Below are positions 19,098 through 28,274 of a stretch of 64,000 nt of DNA, piece by piece. A program made the translations under genes and the position numbers. Source of the DNA: an uncultured Oscillospiraceae bacterium. Lineage in GTDB: Bacteria > Bacillota > Clostridia > Christensenellales > CAG-138. Under the pieces are notes generated by a model. That model searched no databases and was not told the origin of the DNA. It saw nothing but the letters and a program-made list of their open reading frames with translations. Within the stretch, counting starts at the first letter, position 1; every line of letters starts with the position of its first letter. The stretch covers positions 4,779-68,778 of the forward strand of contig CAYYUV010000006.1 of the NCBI GenBank assembly GCA_964474405.1. Direction: 5' to 3'.

Positions 19098-19126
19098 ATA
19101 TTACCCCCCGTTCTCCTCTGTGTCAA
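19098..19126 (-). promoter_or_regulatory. sigma-70-type promoter for the cysK leader
   Basis: Minus strand TTGACA (19126-19121), a 17-nt spacer, then TAATAT (19103-19098). Confidence 0.5.
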
Positions 19127-19232
19127 GGCGTTTTACCGGAACATTACCGTACAAGAAAAGATTTGTGTGCATAATATTGGACGATCCTGGAAAAAATTGA
19201 TCAAAACCGTACAAATGACTGTCTAAAGCAGC

Positions 19233-19261
19233 TTGACATGGAATTACTAATGAAGTAAACT
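19233..19261 (+). promoter_or_regulatory. candidate promoter for the degV-family gene
   Basis: TTGACA (19233-19238), a 17-nt spacer, then TAAACT (19256-19261). Confidence 0.4.
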
Positions 19262-19321
19262 AGTTTTTAATACCAGATCGACGGAATGCGACCAAATAGC
19301 CGGTCTGGAAAGGAAGTGCAT

Positions 19322-20209
19322 ATGGAAAAAACAGCGAATGAAAGCTTTGTCATTGTGACCGATTCCTCCTGCGATCTGCCGGCTGATTTGGCCGATCAGT
19401 GGGGTCTGGCTGTTCAGCCTTTGTCCGTTCTGGTGGACGGAACGGAATATAAGAATTATCTGGATGAGCGGGAGATCCGCTTTGCCGATATGTATCAAAA
19501 GCTGCGCGACGGCGTGGCCTGCTCGACTTCCGCCGCCAACACGGAGGATTTTGAACAGCTACTTCGGCCCATTCTCGAGTCGGGACAGGATATCCTGTAT
19601 ATCGGCTTTTCGACGGGTCTTTCCAACACCTATAACGCGGCGCGCATCGCCGTCTCTCAGCTGAGAGAGGAGTTTCCCGCGCGCACTATCCTGACGGTCG
19701 ATTCGCTCTGCGCGTCGCTGGGTCAGGGACTTTTGGTTTATCATGCTGTGCAGCGTCGCCTTGCCGGCGCAACGCTGAATGAGACGGCGGCCTTTGTCGA
19801 GGATACGCGGCTGCATTTGTGCCATTGGTTCACCGTAGACGATCTGCATCATCTTCGCAGAGGCGGCCGCATCTCGTCCACCGTGGCCATCGTGGGCAGC
19901 ATGCTGCAAATCAAGCCTGTGATGCATATGGACAATGCCGGCAAGCTCATCAGCATGTATAAGGTTCGCGGCAGACGGCGTTCGCTGATCAGCCTGGTTG
20001 ACGAGATGGAGAAGCGCGCCATCAATCCGTCCGAGCAGACGGTCTTTATCAGCCATGGCGACTGTTTGGAGGATGCGGAATATGTTGCCGACCTGGTGCG
20101 GGAGCGCTTTGGCGTAAAGCAGATTGTGATCAACCATGTAGGTCCGGTCATCGGCGCGCATTCCGGCCCCGGTACGGTCGCGTTGTTTTTCCTGGGCACG
20201 GAGCGCTGA
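19322..20209 (+). CDS. DegV-family fatty-acid-binding protein
   Basis: FVIVTDSSCDLP N-terminal motif; about 295 aa; GGAAAGGAAG RBS before ATG 19322. Confidence 0.8.
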   Translation: MEKTANESFVIVTDSSCDLPADLADQWGLAVQPLSVLVDGTEYKNYLDEREIRFADMYQKLRDGVACSTSAANTEDFEQLLRPILESGQDILYIGFSTGLSNTYNAARIAVSQLREEFPARTILTVDSLCASLGQGLLVYHAVQRRLAGATLNETAAFVEDTRLHLCHWFTVDDLHHLRRGGRISSTVAIVGSMLQIKPVMHMDNAGKLISMYKVRGRRRSLISLVDEMEKRAINPSEQTVFISHGDCLEDAEYVADLVRERFGVKQIVINHVGPVIGAHSGPGTVALFFLGTER

Positions 20210-20299
20210 TTTTCGCCGCCGCACGCAGAGGGGAAAAGAGTTTCCATTTTGGCGGGCATCTGGTATAATGGATAAAACGCTGAAGGTTTGGAAACAGGC

Positions 20300-21112
20300 A
20301 TGGAGAATAAGCGGATCACCTCACCGCGCGGCAGCATCAGTTATTGGATATCCCGTCATACAGATCAGCCGAAGTCCTGTGTGGTTTTTTGCCACGGGCT
20401 GATGGCGGATCATACGCAGTTTGACCGGCAGCTTGCCTTCTGGTGCGAGCGGGCAACGGTCATCGCTTGGGATATCCCCTTGCATGGGGAGTCGAGGCCA
20501 TATGAGGACTTCTCGCTGGATCATGCCGCGGAGGAACTGAGAGGCATTTTGGATGCGGAGGGCATTGACAAGGCCGTGCTTGCCGGTCAGTCTGCCGGCG
20601 GCTACGTCGCACAGGCGTTTGTCCGGCTGTATCCGCAGAGATGCGCCGCCTTTGTCGGCATTGACACCACCCCCTTCGGACGACAGTTTTACACAAAGAT
20701 GGATCTGTTTTGGATTCGCCGCTATACCGATGTGGCTCGGCTGTATCCTTTTGTTTATTATTGCCGCGTGGCTTCCCGCACATCGGGCAATACGCCCGAG
20801 TCGGAGAACGGCTTCCGTGATTCGCTCCAGCGGCTGGGCAGGCAGGGCATGCTGGCGGCGGCGCGCAGCGTGTACAGCGATTTTTTGAATTATGAGGATC
20901 CGGTTCCGTTCCCGTGTCCGGTTCTTCTGATAGTAGGTGAATTTGACCGGAAAGGCCAGCTGCGCAGATATAACCAGCAGTGGGCGGATCTGACCGGCTA
21001 TCCGCTGCTTGTCCTAGGGGAGTCTGCGCATCATCCCAATGAAGAGCAGGACGCTACGTTCAATGATGGGATGCTTCATTTTTTGACAGAGAGCGGCTGC
21101 AATCTCGGCTGA
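20300..21112 (+). CDS. alpha/beta-fold hydrolase
   Basis: Contains VVFCHGLMADH and the nucleophile elbow GQSAGG. An extended -10 (TGgTATAAT, 20261-20269) lies upstream. An alternative TTG start at 20288 is possible. Confidence 0.7.
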   Translation: MENKRITSPRGSISYWISRHTDQPKSCVVFCHGLMADHTQFDRQLAFWCERATVIAWDIPLHGESRPYEDFSLDHAAEELRGILDAEGIDKAVLAGQSAGGYVAQAFVRLYPQRCAAFVGIDTTPFGRQFYTKMDLFWIRRYTDVARLYPFVYYCRVASRTSGNTPESENGFRDSLQRLGRQGMLAAARSVYSDFLNYEDPVPFPCPVLLIVGEFDRKGQLRRYNQQWADLTGYPLLVLGESAHHPNEEQDATFNDGMLHFLTESGCNLG

Positions 21113-21220
21113 ACACATGATCCAATCCAAATTTACGCATACTAGCGCAACCGGAAGCTGTTCTGTACGGTATTGATGTCGTACGGTTCTTTCCGTCATG
21201 GTAAATGGAGGTTTGTGAAC

Positions 21221-21898
21221 ATGAAAAAATTTCGTTGGCTTTCCCTGATGCTTGCATGTTTGCTGCTGGTTTTTGCGGCCGCATGTAAAAAGAACGATGC
21301 GCCCTCAGCCGGTCAATCGACCGCGGGACCCACCGTGGGCGCGACCGACCGACCGACCGCGCAGACAACGGATCGGCCTACCGCGGATACAAGCACGGCG
21401 CCGTCCGGGAATCCGACCCAGGATGCGACCGGCGCGCCGTCCGCCTCGCCCGGTGACGCCGAAATGGATACGCTGGACGCGGTGTTGGATCGTATCTATG
21501 CCGCCGTTCCCAATTTTGAGATCATGCTTGGGCCGGCGACTGCGATTGATCTTGAGGATGCTGCATCCGTCAAGATTTATCTCGGGCTGGACAACGCCGA
21601 TGGCATTCGCGAAGCGGTGTTTTCCGAGCCTATGATGAGCAGCATCGCCTATTCCGTCTGTTTGGTCCGGGTGGAAAAGGGGACGGATGTGGAAGCGCTC
21701 AAAAAGAGCATGGTGGATGGGGTAGACCCTGCCAAGTGGATCTGCGTTGCCGCCGAGAAGGTGGCGGCCGTTGATTGTGACGATCTGATCCTGCTGGTCA
21801 TGTCCGATACCACGCTGACCGATTCGATTCTCAATGCCTTCTCCACAACGATGAACGGCAATGTTGGCACGGCGGTGACGCGCATGGTAAACGGCTGA
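21221..21898 (+). CDS. DUF4358-like lipoprotein
   Basis: MKKFRWLSLMLACLLLVFAAAC lipoprotein signal, a Thr/Pro/Asp-rich linker with near-repeats TDRPTAQTTDRPTADT, then a C-terminal domain resembling DUF4358 (from memory). Confidence 0.55.
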   Translation: MKKFRWLSLMLACLLLVFAAACKKNDAPSAGQSTAGPTVGATDRPTAQTTDRPTADTSTAPSGNPTQDATGAPSASPGDAEMDTLDAVLDRIYAAVPNFEIMLGPATAIDLEDAASVKIYLGLDNADGIREAVFSEPMMSSIAYSVCLVRVEKGTDVEALKKSMVDGVDPAKWICVAAEKVAAVDCDDLILLVMSDTTLTDSILNAFSTTMNGNVGTAVTRMVNG

Positions 21899-21957
21899 TT
21901 ACAAAAAAGATGATTCGATCGGGCGCCGCATAGTCGGCGCCCGAATGGAGATGTGGC

Positions 21958-23358
21958 ATGCTGTTTTCTTCGATCGGCTTTCTGTTCTATTTTCTGCCCG
22001 TGGTCATCGGCGGATATTTCCTTTTGCCCGCTCGCCTGCGTAATGGGTTTTTGCTGCTGGCAAGCCTGGTGTTTTATTTTTTGGGCGAACCGCTGTATAC
22101 GCTTTTGCTGCTCGGCACATCCGTGTCCGCGTATGTACACGGGCTTCTGATCGATAGATTTCGCGGCCGTCCGCTTGGGCGCGTGTTCTTTGTTACGGCG
22201 CTTGCAGTCGGCATCGGCGCCCTGGCGCTGTTTAAATATGCCGACTTCGCCATTTCCAACGTCAATGCCCTGTTTGGGACAAATGCCGCGCTGTGGAAGC
22301 TTGCGCTGCCGCTTGGCATCAGCTTCTATACCTTTCAGCAGCTCAGCTATGTGGTCGACGTCTACCGCGGCACGGTACCTGCGCAGAGAAATCCCATCAA
22401 GCTGCTGACCTATGTTACGCTGTTTCCACAGCTGGTCGCCGGCCCCATCGTGCGGTATTCCGACGTCCAGCATGATCTTACGCACAGGGTGAGCAGCATC
22501 GCGGATGTGGCTGACGGCGCCTCGCGCTTTGTCACCGGCCTTGCCAAGAAGGTTTTGCTTGCCAACACGCTTGGATCGCTCGCAGAGGCATACCGTGCCA
22601 GCGCGGATCGATCGGTGCTGTTTGGCTGGCTCTATGCCGCGGCGGTTATGCTCCAGATCTATTATGATTTTTCCGGCTATTCCGATATGGCGATCGGTCT
22701 TGGCCGCATCTTTGGCTTTCGCTTTCCGGAGAATTTTAACTATCCCTATATCTCCGCCAGCGTTACGGAGTTTTGGCGCCGTTGGCATATGACCCTTGGC
22801 GGCTGGTTCCGGGACTATGTCTACATTCCCCTGGGCGGCAGCCGCGTCAAGAAGGGAAAATGGATCCGTAATGTGTTTGTGGTCTGGCTGCTGACCGGGC
22901 TGTGGCACGGTGCAGACTGGACGTTTGTGATATGGGGGCTGTTCTTTGCGGTGCTGTTGGTCATAGAGAAACCGCTGCTTGGGCGCATGGCGCCGCGTAT
23001 GCGCTGGGTCGCACGCTTCTATGTCCTGCCCGCGCTTGCGCTTAGCTTTGTGGTGTTCAATGCAAACGGCATGCAGCAGGCGCTGGCAGATCTTGGCGGC
23101 ATGTTTGGCGCCGGCGGACTGCCGTTCGTTTCGGCGGAAACGCTCTATTATCTCAAAAGCTATGCCGTGCTTCTTGTGATCGGCGCCGTCGGCGCGACGC
23201 CGCTGCCGTCCAGGCTGGTCGCCCGTCTGCGTGAAAAGGTGCGGCTGCGGCCTGTGATGACCGTTGCAGAGCCGCTCCTGCTTGCGGCGCTTTTGGTTGC
23301 ATGCACCGCGTATCTGGTGGATGGCAGCTTCAACCCGTTCCTGTATTTTCGGTTTTAA
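21958..23358 (+). CDS. MBOAT-family membrane O-acyltransferase (AlgI/DltB-like), copy 1
   Basis: Multi-TM protein with FYTFQQLSYVVDVYRG and the conserved His block EFWRRWHMTLGGWFRDYVYIPLGG. Confidence 0.85.
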   Translation: MLFSSIGFLFYFLPVVIGGYFLLPARLRNGFLLLASLVFYFLGEPLYTLLLLGTSVSAYVHGLLIDRFRGRPLGRVFFVTALAVGIGALALFKYADFAISNVNALFGTNAALWKLALPLGISFYTFQQLSYVVDVYRGTVPAQRNPIKLLTYVTLFPQLVAGPIVRYSDVQHDLTHRVSSIADVADGASRFVTGLAKKVLLANTLGSLAEAYRASADRSVLFGWLYAAAVMLQIYYDFSGYSDMAIGLGRIFGFRFPENFNYPYISASVTEFWRRWHMTLGGWFRDYVYIPLGGSRVKKGKWIRNVFVVWLLTGLWHGADWTFVIWGLFFAVLLVIEKPLLGRMAPRMRWVARFYVLPALALSFVVFNANGMQQALADLGGMFGAGGLPFVSAETLYYLKSYAVLLVIGAVGATPLPSRLVARLREKVRLRPVMTVAEPLLLAALLVACTAYLVDGSFNPFLYFRF

Positions 23359-23360
23359 CT

Positions 23361-24464
23361 ATGAAGAAGGATAGAAAAAATCTTGTTGTCGTGATGACTG
23401 TCGGCGCGCTGCTGCTGGCGGGACTGATTGCGTGTCTGGCGCATCGCCCGCAGGAGCTCTCCGTCAGCGAGCGCAGACGCCTGAATCAGGCGCCCGCCCT
23501 GACCTGGAAGGCGCTGGCTGAAGGCAGTTTCTGGACGGATTTTGAGTCGTACGCTGTGGATCAGTTTCCCCTGCGCATGCCCCTTCGCACCCTGAAGGCG
23601 GCGATCCACTTCGGCGTTCTTTGGCAATCCGACAACAACGGCATCTATCTGATCAACGGCAGCGTCTCAAAGCTGGATTCTCGGCTGCATACCGATCAGG
23701 TGTCATCGGCCGCGGCAAAATTCACTGCGCTGTATGACGCCTATCTGGCCGATACGGACTGCCGCGTTTATCTTGCCGCCGTGCCGGATAAGAACTATTA
23801 TCTGGCGACGGAAAACGGCTATCCCGCGCTCGATTACGACGCGCTTCTTTCCGTGCTGTACAAGGGGACGCCGGCGTTCACCCCGATCTCCCTGCTGGAT
23901 TGCCTGTCGGCGGAGGACTATTATTCCACCGATCCGCACTGGAGGCAGGAGCGGCTTTCCCGCGTGCTCACCCGACTGGGCGAGGCGATGGAGGTTACGT
24001 TTGACGGAACGGACGGGTATGACGCCACGTCCTTTGCCCCCTTCTACGGCGCCTATTACGGTCAGTCCGCGTTGCCGCTCGCGCCCGACACCCTGTATTA
24101 TCTTGGCGCGTCCAGGATGCAGGCTGTAACGGTCAAAAACTATGAGACGGGGAAAACAGGCGCCATATACAACACGGAAAAGCTGACGGGGCTTGACGCC
24201 TACGACGTCTTTTTATCCGGCGCCTGCCCGCTGATGACGGTCGAAAACCCGGATGCGGCGACGGAGCGGGAGCTGGTGCTGTTTCGGGATTCATTCGGCT
24301 CCTCGATCGCGCCCATGATGCTGTCCGGCTATAGGCGTATCACGCTGATCGACACGCGGTATATGGACCCCTCGCTGATCCCAAGCTTTGTAACCTTTAC
24401 CGATCAGGATGTGCTGTTTCTGTACAGCACGACGATTCTCAACAACAGCTCCGCCATCCGCTGA
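23361..24464 (+). CDS. DHHW-family (AlgJ/AlgX-like SGNH-related) protein, copy 1
   Basis: N-terminal TM anchor; TDPHW motif (about 23928-23942); downstream RDSFGSS serine motif (about 24282-24302). Starts 3 nt after the MBOAT stop. Confidence 0.7.
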   Translation: MKKDRKNLVVVMTVGALLLAGLIACLAHRPQELSVSERRRLNQAPALTWKALAEGSFWTDFESYAVDQFPLRMPLRTLKAAIHFGVLWQSDNNGIYLINGSVSKLDSRLHTDQVSSAAAKFTALYDAYLADTDCRVYLAAVPDKNYYLATENGYPALDYDALLSVLYKGTPAFTPISLLDCLSAEDYYSTDPHWRQERLSRVLTRLGEAMEVTFDGTDGYDATSFAPFYGAYYGQSALPLAPDTLYYLGASRMQAVTVKNYETGKTGAIYNTEKLTGLDAYDVFLSGACPLMTVENPDAATERELVLFRDSFGSSIAPMMLSGYRRITLIDTRYMDPSLIPSFVTFTDQDVLFLYSTTILNNSSAIR

Positions 24465-24547
24465 AAAACCACGGGACAGATACAGAGCGCCGAACGGGGC
24501 TTCCCGCGCGGCGCTCTTGGTTATTCGACCATATTGGCGTTATGCCG

Positions 24548-25858
24548 TTACTCGTTGCGGATGGCGGACAGCGGCGACAGCCGCATCGCCCGAAACGACG
24601 GATACAGCCCCGATACCATGGCCACCACGACGGAAAATGCCACCGCCCCCAGCACCAGCACGGGCGGGATCACGCTCGTCAGGCCGTAATCCACCAGAAA
24701 ACGATTTAACACAAACGACATGCCGTAGGACAGCAGCGTGCCGATCGCTCCGCCGAACAGACCGATGTACGCCGATTCGGTGAGGAACAGCGCGGCAATA
24801 TTGCCCATGCTGCAGCCAAGCACCTTGATGATGCCGATTTCCTTCGTGCGCTCATAGATGCTCATCATCATCGTGTTCATGATGCCGATTGCGGCGACCA
24901 GCAGCGAAACCCCACCGATCGCGCCCAGCAGGATCTGGACGCGCTGTGTGCTTTCCTGCGCCATCTCGACGGCGTCCAGCATGCTGTAGGTTCCGTAGCC
25001 CATATCGGATATGGCATTCTTGACGGAACGCACATCGTCGAGGGAGTTGCACTTGACCAGAACCTGATAAAACTCGCTTGTGACCTTTTTGCCGACAAAG
25101 GCCTCGTTCTCCTTGGCGAGCTTTGTGAACGATTCAAGATCCATCAGGCAGTACCAGGAATAGTTGTTGCTGTCTGCGCTGATCACGCCGGTTGGCGTTA
25201 CGGTGTAAAACTTGCCTGGCGGCGTGGTGTTCTCGTCCGATGACGCCCACGAATAAACCTGACTGTAATCGAATGTCAGCTGAAACCGGTTGTCAAGGTT
25301 GATCTTGGAGTTGCCGTTGCGATCCACGGCCTGCTTGCCGGTATCTGGATGATAAAACTGGTCGAGCGTGTATGCGCTGAACACAATCTGGAATTTTGTC
25401 TTTCCGATGTAATCCGGATAGGTGCCTTCGCCAAGCGTGATCTCAAATTCCTTCGCAATATCAGCATCGACGCCCAGAATATAGGCGTCCGTTACATACC
25501 GGCCGCATTTGAGAATGCCGCTCATCGTCTGCAACGGCATGACCGCCCGAACGCCCGGCAGCTTCTCAAACGCCGCGATGCTTTTTTTGTCCAGCTTCGT
25601 TTCCTGCTCCTGCGAGGTGTATACGGCGCCGCTGTTGCCGGTGGCCTCCGTCGTTTTCCAACGGTCAACCGTGATGGTGGTCAAGCTTCCCGTTTGGGCA
25701 AACGACTGGATTGTCGCCTCCTTGATGCCGATGCCGAGGGAAACCATCACCACGATGGAAGTGGTGCCGATAACCATGCCGAGCACGGTCAAAAAAGCGC
25801 GCAGCTTCCGTCGCCAAAGGTTTAGAAATGAAGTTTGCAGAACATCAAGGATGCTCAT
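24548..25858 (-). CDS. FtsX/MacB-type ABC transporter permease
   Basis: N-terminal TM, a large extracytoplasmic domain, and three C-terminal TM helices. Its ATGA start overlaps the upstream gene's stop. Confidence 0.8.
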   Translation of the reverse strand: MSILDVLQTSFLNLWRRKLRAFLTVLGMVIGTTSIVVMVSLGIGIKEATIQSFAQTGSLTTITVDRWKTTEATGNSGAVYTSQEQETKLDKKSIAAFEKLPGVRAVMPLQTMSGILKCGRYVTDAYILGVDADIAKEFEITLGEGTYPDYIGKTKFQIVFSAYTLDQFYHPDTGKQAVDRNGNSKINLDNRFQLTFDYSQVYSWASSDENTTPPGKFYTVTPTGVISADSNNYSWYCLMDLESFTKLAKENEAFVGKKVTSEFYQVLVKCNSLDDVRSVKNAISDMGYGTYSMLDAVEMAQESTQRVQILLGAIGGVSLLVAAIGIMNTMMMSIYERTKEIGIIKVLGCSMGNIAALFLTESAYIGLFGGAIGTLLSYGMSFVLNRFLVDYGLTSVIPPVLVLGAVAFSVVVAMVSGLYPSFRAMRLSPLSAIRNE

Positions 25859-27333
25859 AGCGCGGCTTCCGCCTTCTTCTTGCGCCGGAGCGACAGCACG
25901 ACAATCAGCGCGATAGCCGCCGCGACCGGAACGCCGATGATGACATAGATCCAGGGAAACGCCGCGCCGCCGTCCGCCGCCGAGCCGCCGTCTGCATACA
26001 CGTCGCCCGCAAAGCCTTCTTCGCCCTTGGCATCAACCATCGTGCCTTCCACGTTGATCGTGCCGCCCTCGCCGTTCTCGCCCCACGAGACGGAGCCGTC
26101 GCCGTTCTCCACATAGCTTTCGTTGACAAAGAGCGTGAACGGCCGCTTTTCGGTTGTTTGCGTGCCGTATACGTCCTCATAGGTGATGATCACATTGCCT
26201 TCGACATTGCCGCCCATGGACGGAATAACCGAGAAATCGGCGCGCATGGTACCGCCGGAGGTGACGTTTCCGCCAAAGTACGTCTCGGCCATCTTAAGAC
26301 CCTCGCCTTCGACGTCAACCATGCAGTTATAGATGGTCGCCTTGCCCATGTTGTAAAGCGCGATATACATGGCGCATTCGCTGTCCACCCACGCCTCATC
26401 GTAGATCGTCGGGTCGTCAATCTTGACGCGCACGCGCTGCAGCACCGGTATGGTGATGGCGCTGGTCGGCGTATAGGCCTGCTTGGACTTGACGCCGTCA
26501 TAGCTGAACGCCACGCCAAGGGTATACGCCTTAGGCTCCGTGTCCGGCGCGGACTGGAACGAGATCTCCCGTGTGATGGACGCGCCCTTGTCCAGCGCGC
26601 TGATGTAAATCGTGTTGGAACCGTTCTCGGCGGGCAGGATCATGCCGGCCTCATCCGTAAACGAGATTTGCAGATTCTGCACCGCTTCCTCCGATGAGGT
26701 GTTGGTCAGCGTCATCTTAAGCGTAAACGGCTCGCCCGCATAGACCGGGTTCGCGCTGATCGAATACGATTCGATGATGACCTTCGGCGTCGGATAATAC
26801 TTGGTGCCGCCACCGCCGCCGCCCGTGCTTGCGCCCTTGACAACCGTCAGAAACACCGCGAGCTGCGCCTGATGCTCAACGCCGTCGACGGTCGTGTACG
26901 CCACGTCAAACGAAACCTGCTTCGTGCCGGCCGTGACCGTGTGCAGCAGCGTCATCGTAAAGTTAAACTCCCAGATTACAGCGCCCTTCAGTGTGCCGTA
27001 TTGCGCCAGCAGCGCCGCGCTGTCCTGGGTGTAATTCACCCAGTTGATCACAAACGGGAAAGAATCGATATCCGTTGTGACAACGGGGGAGATGCGAAGC
27101 TCGGTGATTTCCTGATCAATGCTCATCAGCGGAATGCGCAGGGTGACCTGCTCATCCCGGTTTGCGGAGGCGGCAGGCACCTGCTTGCCCGCGGCGTCAA
27201 CGCCTGAGATGGCAAGGTTTCCGTCCGGATCGTTTACCGAGCCAAAGGCGTCCGCCGTCGAAAAAGGTACGGCCGTCAGGCAGAGCGTGAGACAAAGCAG
27301 CAGTGCGGCTGCGAGCTTAAGCGTTTTCTTCAT
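25855..27333 (-). CDS. exported beta-rich protein with a C-terminal TM anchor (CARDB/COG1361-like), ABC-associated
   Basis: Signal peptide MKKTLKLAAALLLCLTLCLTAVPFSTADA, an internal GGGGGG linker, and C-terminal FPWIYVIIGVPVAAAIALIVVLSLRRKKK. Translationally coupled to both flanking ABC genes. Confidence 0.6.
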   Translation of the reverse strand: MKKTLKLAAALLLCLTLCLTAVPFSTADAFGSVNDPDGNLAISGVDAAGKQVPAASANRDEQVTLRIPLMSIDQEITELRISPVVTTDIDSFPFVINWVNYTQDSAALLAQYGTLKGAVIWEFNFTMTLLHTVTAGTKQVSFDVAYTTVDGVEHQAQLAVFLTVVKGASTGGGGGGTKYYPTPKVIIESYSISANPVYAGEPFTLKMTLTNTSSEEAVQNLQISFTDEAGMILPAENGSNTIYISALDKGASITREISFQSAPDTEPKAYTLGVAFSYDGVKSKQAYTPTSAITIPVLQRVRVKIDDPTIYDEAWVDSECAMYIALYNMGKATIYNCMVDVEGEGLKMAETYFGGNVTSGGTMRADFSVIPSMGGNVEGNVIITYEDVYGTQTTEKRPFTLFVNESYVENGDGSVSWGENGEGGTINVEGTMVDAKGEEGFAGDVYADGGSAADGGAAFPWIYVIIGVPVAAAIALIVVLSLRRKKKAEAAL

Positions 27334-28042
27334 GTTCAGTCCCCCCATGCGGTTGTTCTATGGTTTCAACGATTTTTCCGTCCAAAAGACGGATCACCCG
27401 ATCTGCATACAGAGCCATGTTTGGATCGTGCGTGACCATCACAAGCGTTCGATTCTGACTGCGGGCGATGCTGCAGATCTGCGTCATCACCGCGTCGGAT
27501 GTGCTGGAGTCCAGGTTTCCGGTGGGCTCATCCGCAAACACAATGTCCGGGCCTGCTACCAGCGCGCGCGCAATGCCCACTCGCTGCTGCTGACCGCCGC
27601 TCATCTGCGCGGGCTTATGCTTCATGTGCGTCTCGAGCCCCACGGCGGTGAGCATGTCTGCGGCCTTCCTGCTGCGCGCCTTCTTGCCAACACCGCGGAA
27701 GGAGAGCGGAAACGCCACATTCTCCAGCGCAGTATAATAAGGAAGAAGGTTAAACGATTGGAAAATAAAGCCGACATGCTTCTGGCGGAACAGGATCAGC
27801 TCCGCCTCGCTCATCTTCTCCAGATGCTTTCCTGCTATGATCAGCTCACCGCTTGTAACCTTCTCCAGCCCGGCCAGCACGTTCAGCAGCGTCGATTTGC
27901 CCGAACCGGACCGCCCGACAATGCATAGGATCTCGCCCGCCGCCACCGTGAGGTCGATCCCCTGCAGGGCGCGGATTGCGACGCTTCCCACCTGATAAGT
28001 CTTGGAAACGTTACGGATCGTAATGATATTGTTCTGTTCCAT
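27317..28042 (-). CDS. ABC transporter ATP-binding protein (MacB/LolD-like)
   Basis: Walker A GRSGSGKST, signature MSGGQQQRV, Walker B IVFADEPT. Confidence 0.85.
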   Translation of the reverse strand: MEQNNIITIRNVSKTYQVGSVAIRALQGIDLTVAAGEILCIVGRSGSGKSTLLNVLAGLEKVTSGELIIAGKHLEKMSEAELILFRQKHVGFIFQSFNLLPYYTALENVAFPLSFRGVGKKARSRKAADMLTAVGLETHMKHKPAQMSGGQQQRVGIARALVAGPDIVFADEPTGNLDSSTSDAVMTQICSIARSQNRTLVMVTHDPNMALYADRVIRLLDGKIVETIEQPHGGTEHEENA

Positions 28043-28195
28043 CTGATACCTCTTTGTGAATCATACCACACTGCATCATACTATGTTGCGTTATATTTGT
28101 AAATTGTTCATATCATATTCAAATTATCCAGATTATTTTGTCATAAATATGTGCTAACAACTCGTTCAGAATTGCGCTTGAAGGATCTGCCTTTA

Positions 28196-28224
28196 TTGAC
28201 ACATTTCGGCAAGGTTGGTATAAT
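28196..28224 (+). promoter_or_regulatory. consensus sigma-70 promoter for the second MBOAT operon
   Basis: TTGACA (28196-28201), an exact 17-nt spacer, then TATAAT (28219-28224), inside an AT-rich divergent intergenic region. Confidence 0.65.
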
Positions 28225-28274
28225 CAAAAATACGGCTTACCGCCGCATGTTCCTGTCAGAAGGGGAGAAGAAGC

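Noticed and set aside
18869-19126. Assigning the cysK leader to the T-box or SAM-I (S-box) riboswitch classes.
   Set aside because: I could not find the conserved T-box 14-mer with its UGGN bulge context, or the SAM-I core. GGGCGGUGUGAC only partially resembles GGGUGGUACC. The class is left unassigned pending a covariance-model scan.
24484-24517. Stem AGAGCGCCG/CGGCGCTCT between the convergent DHHW-1 and FtsX genes, considered as a bidirectional terminator.
   Set aside because: It is plausible, but neither side has a convincing U-tract, so I did not list it as a feature.
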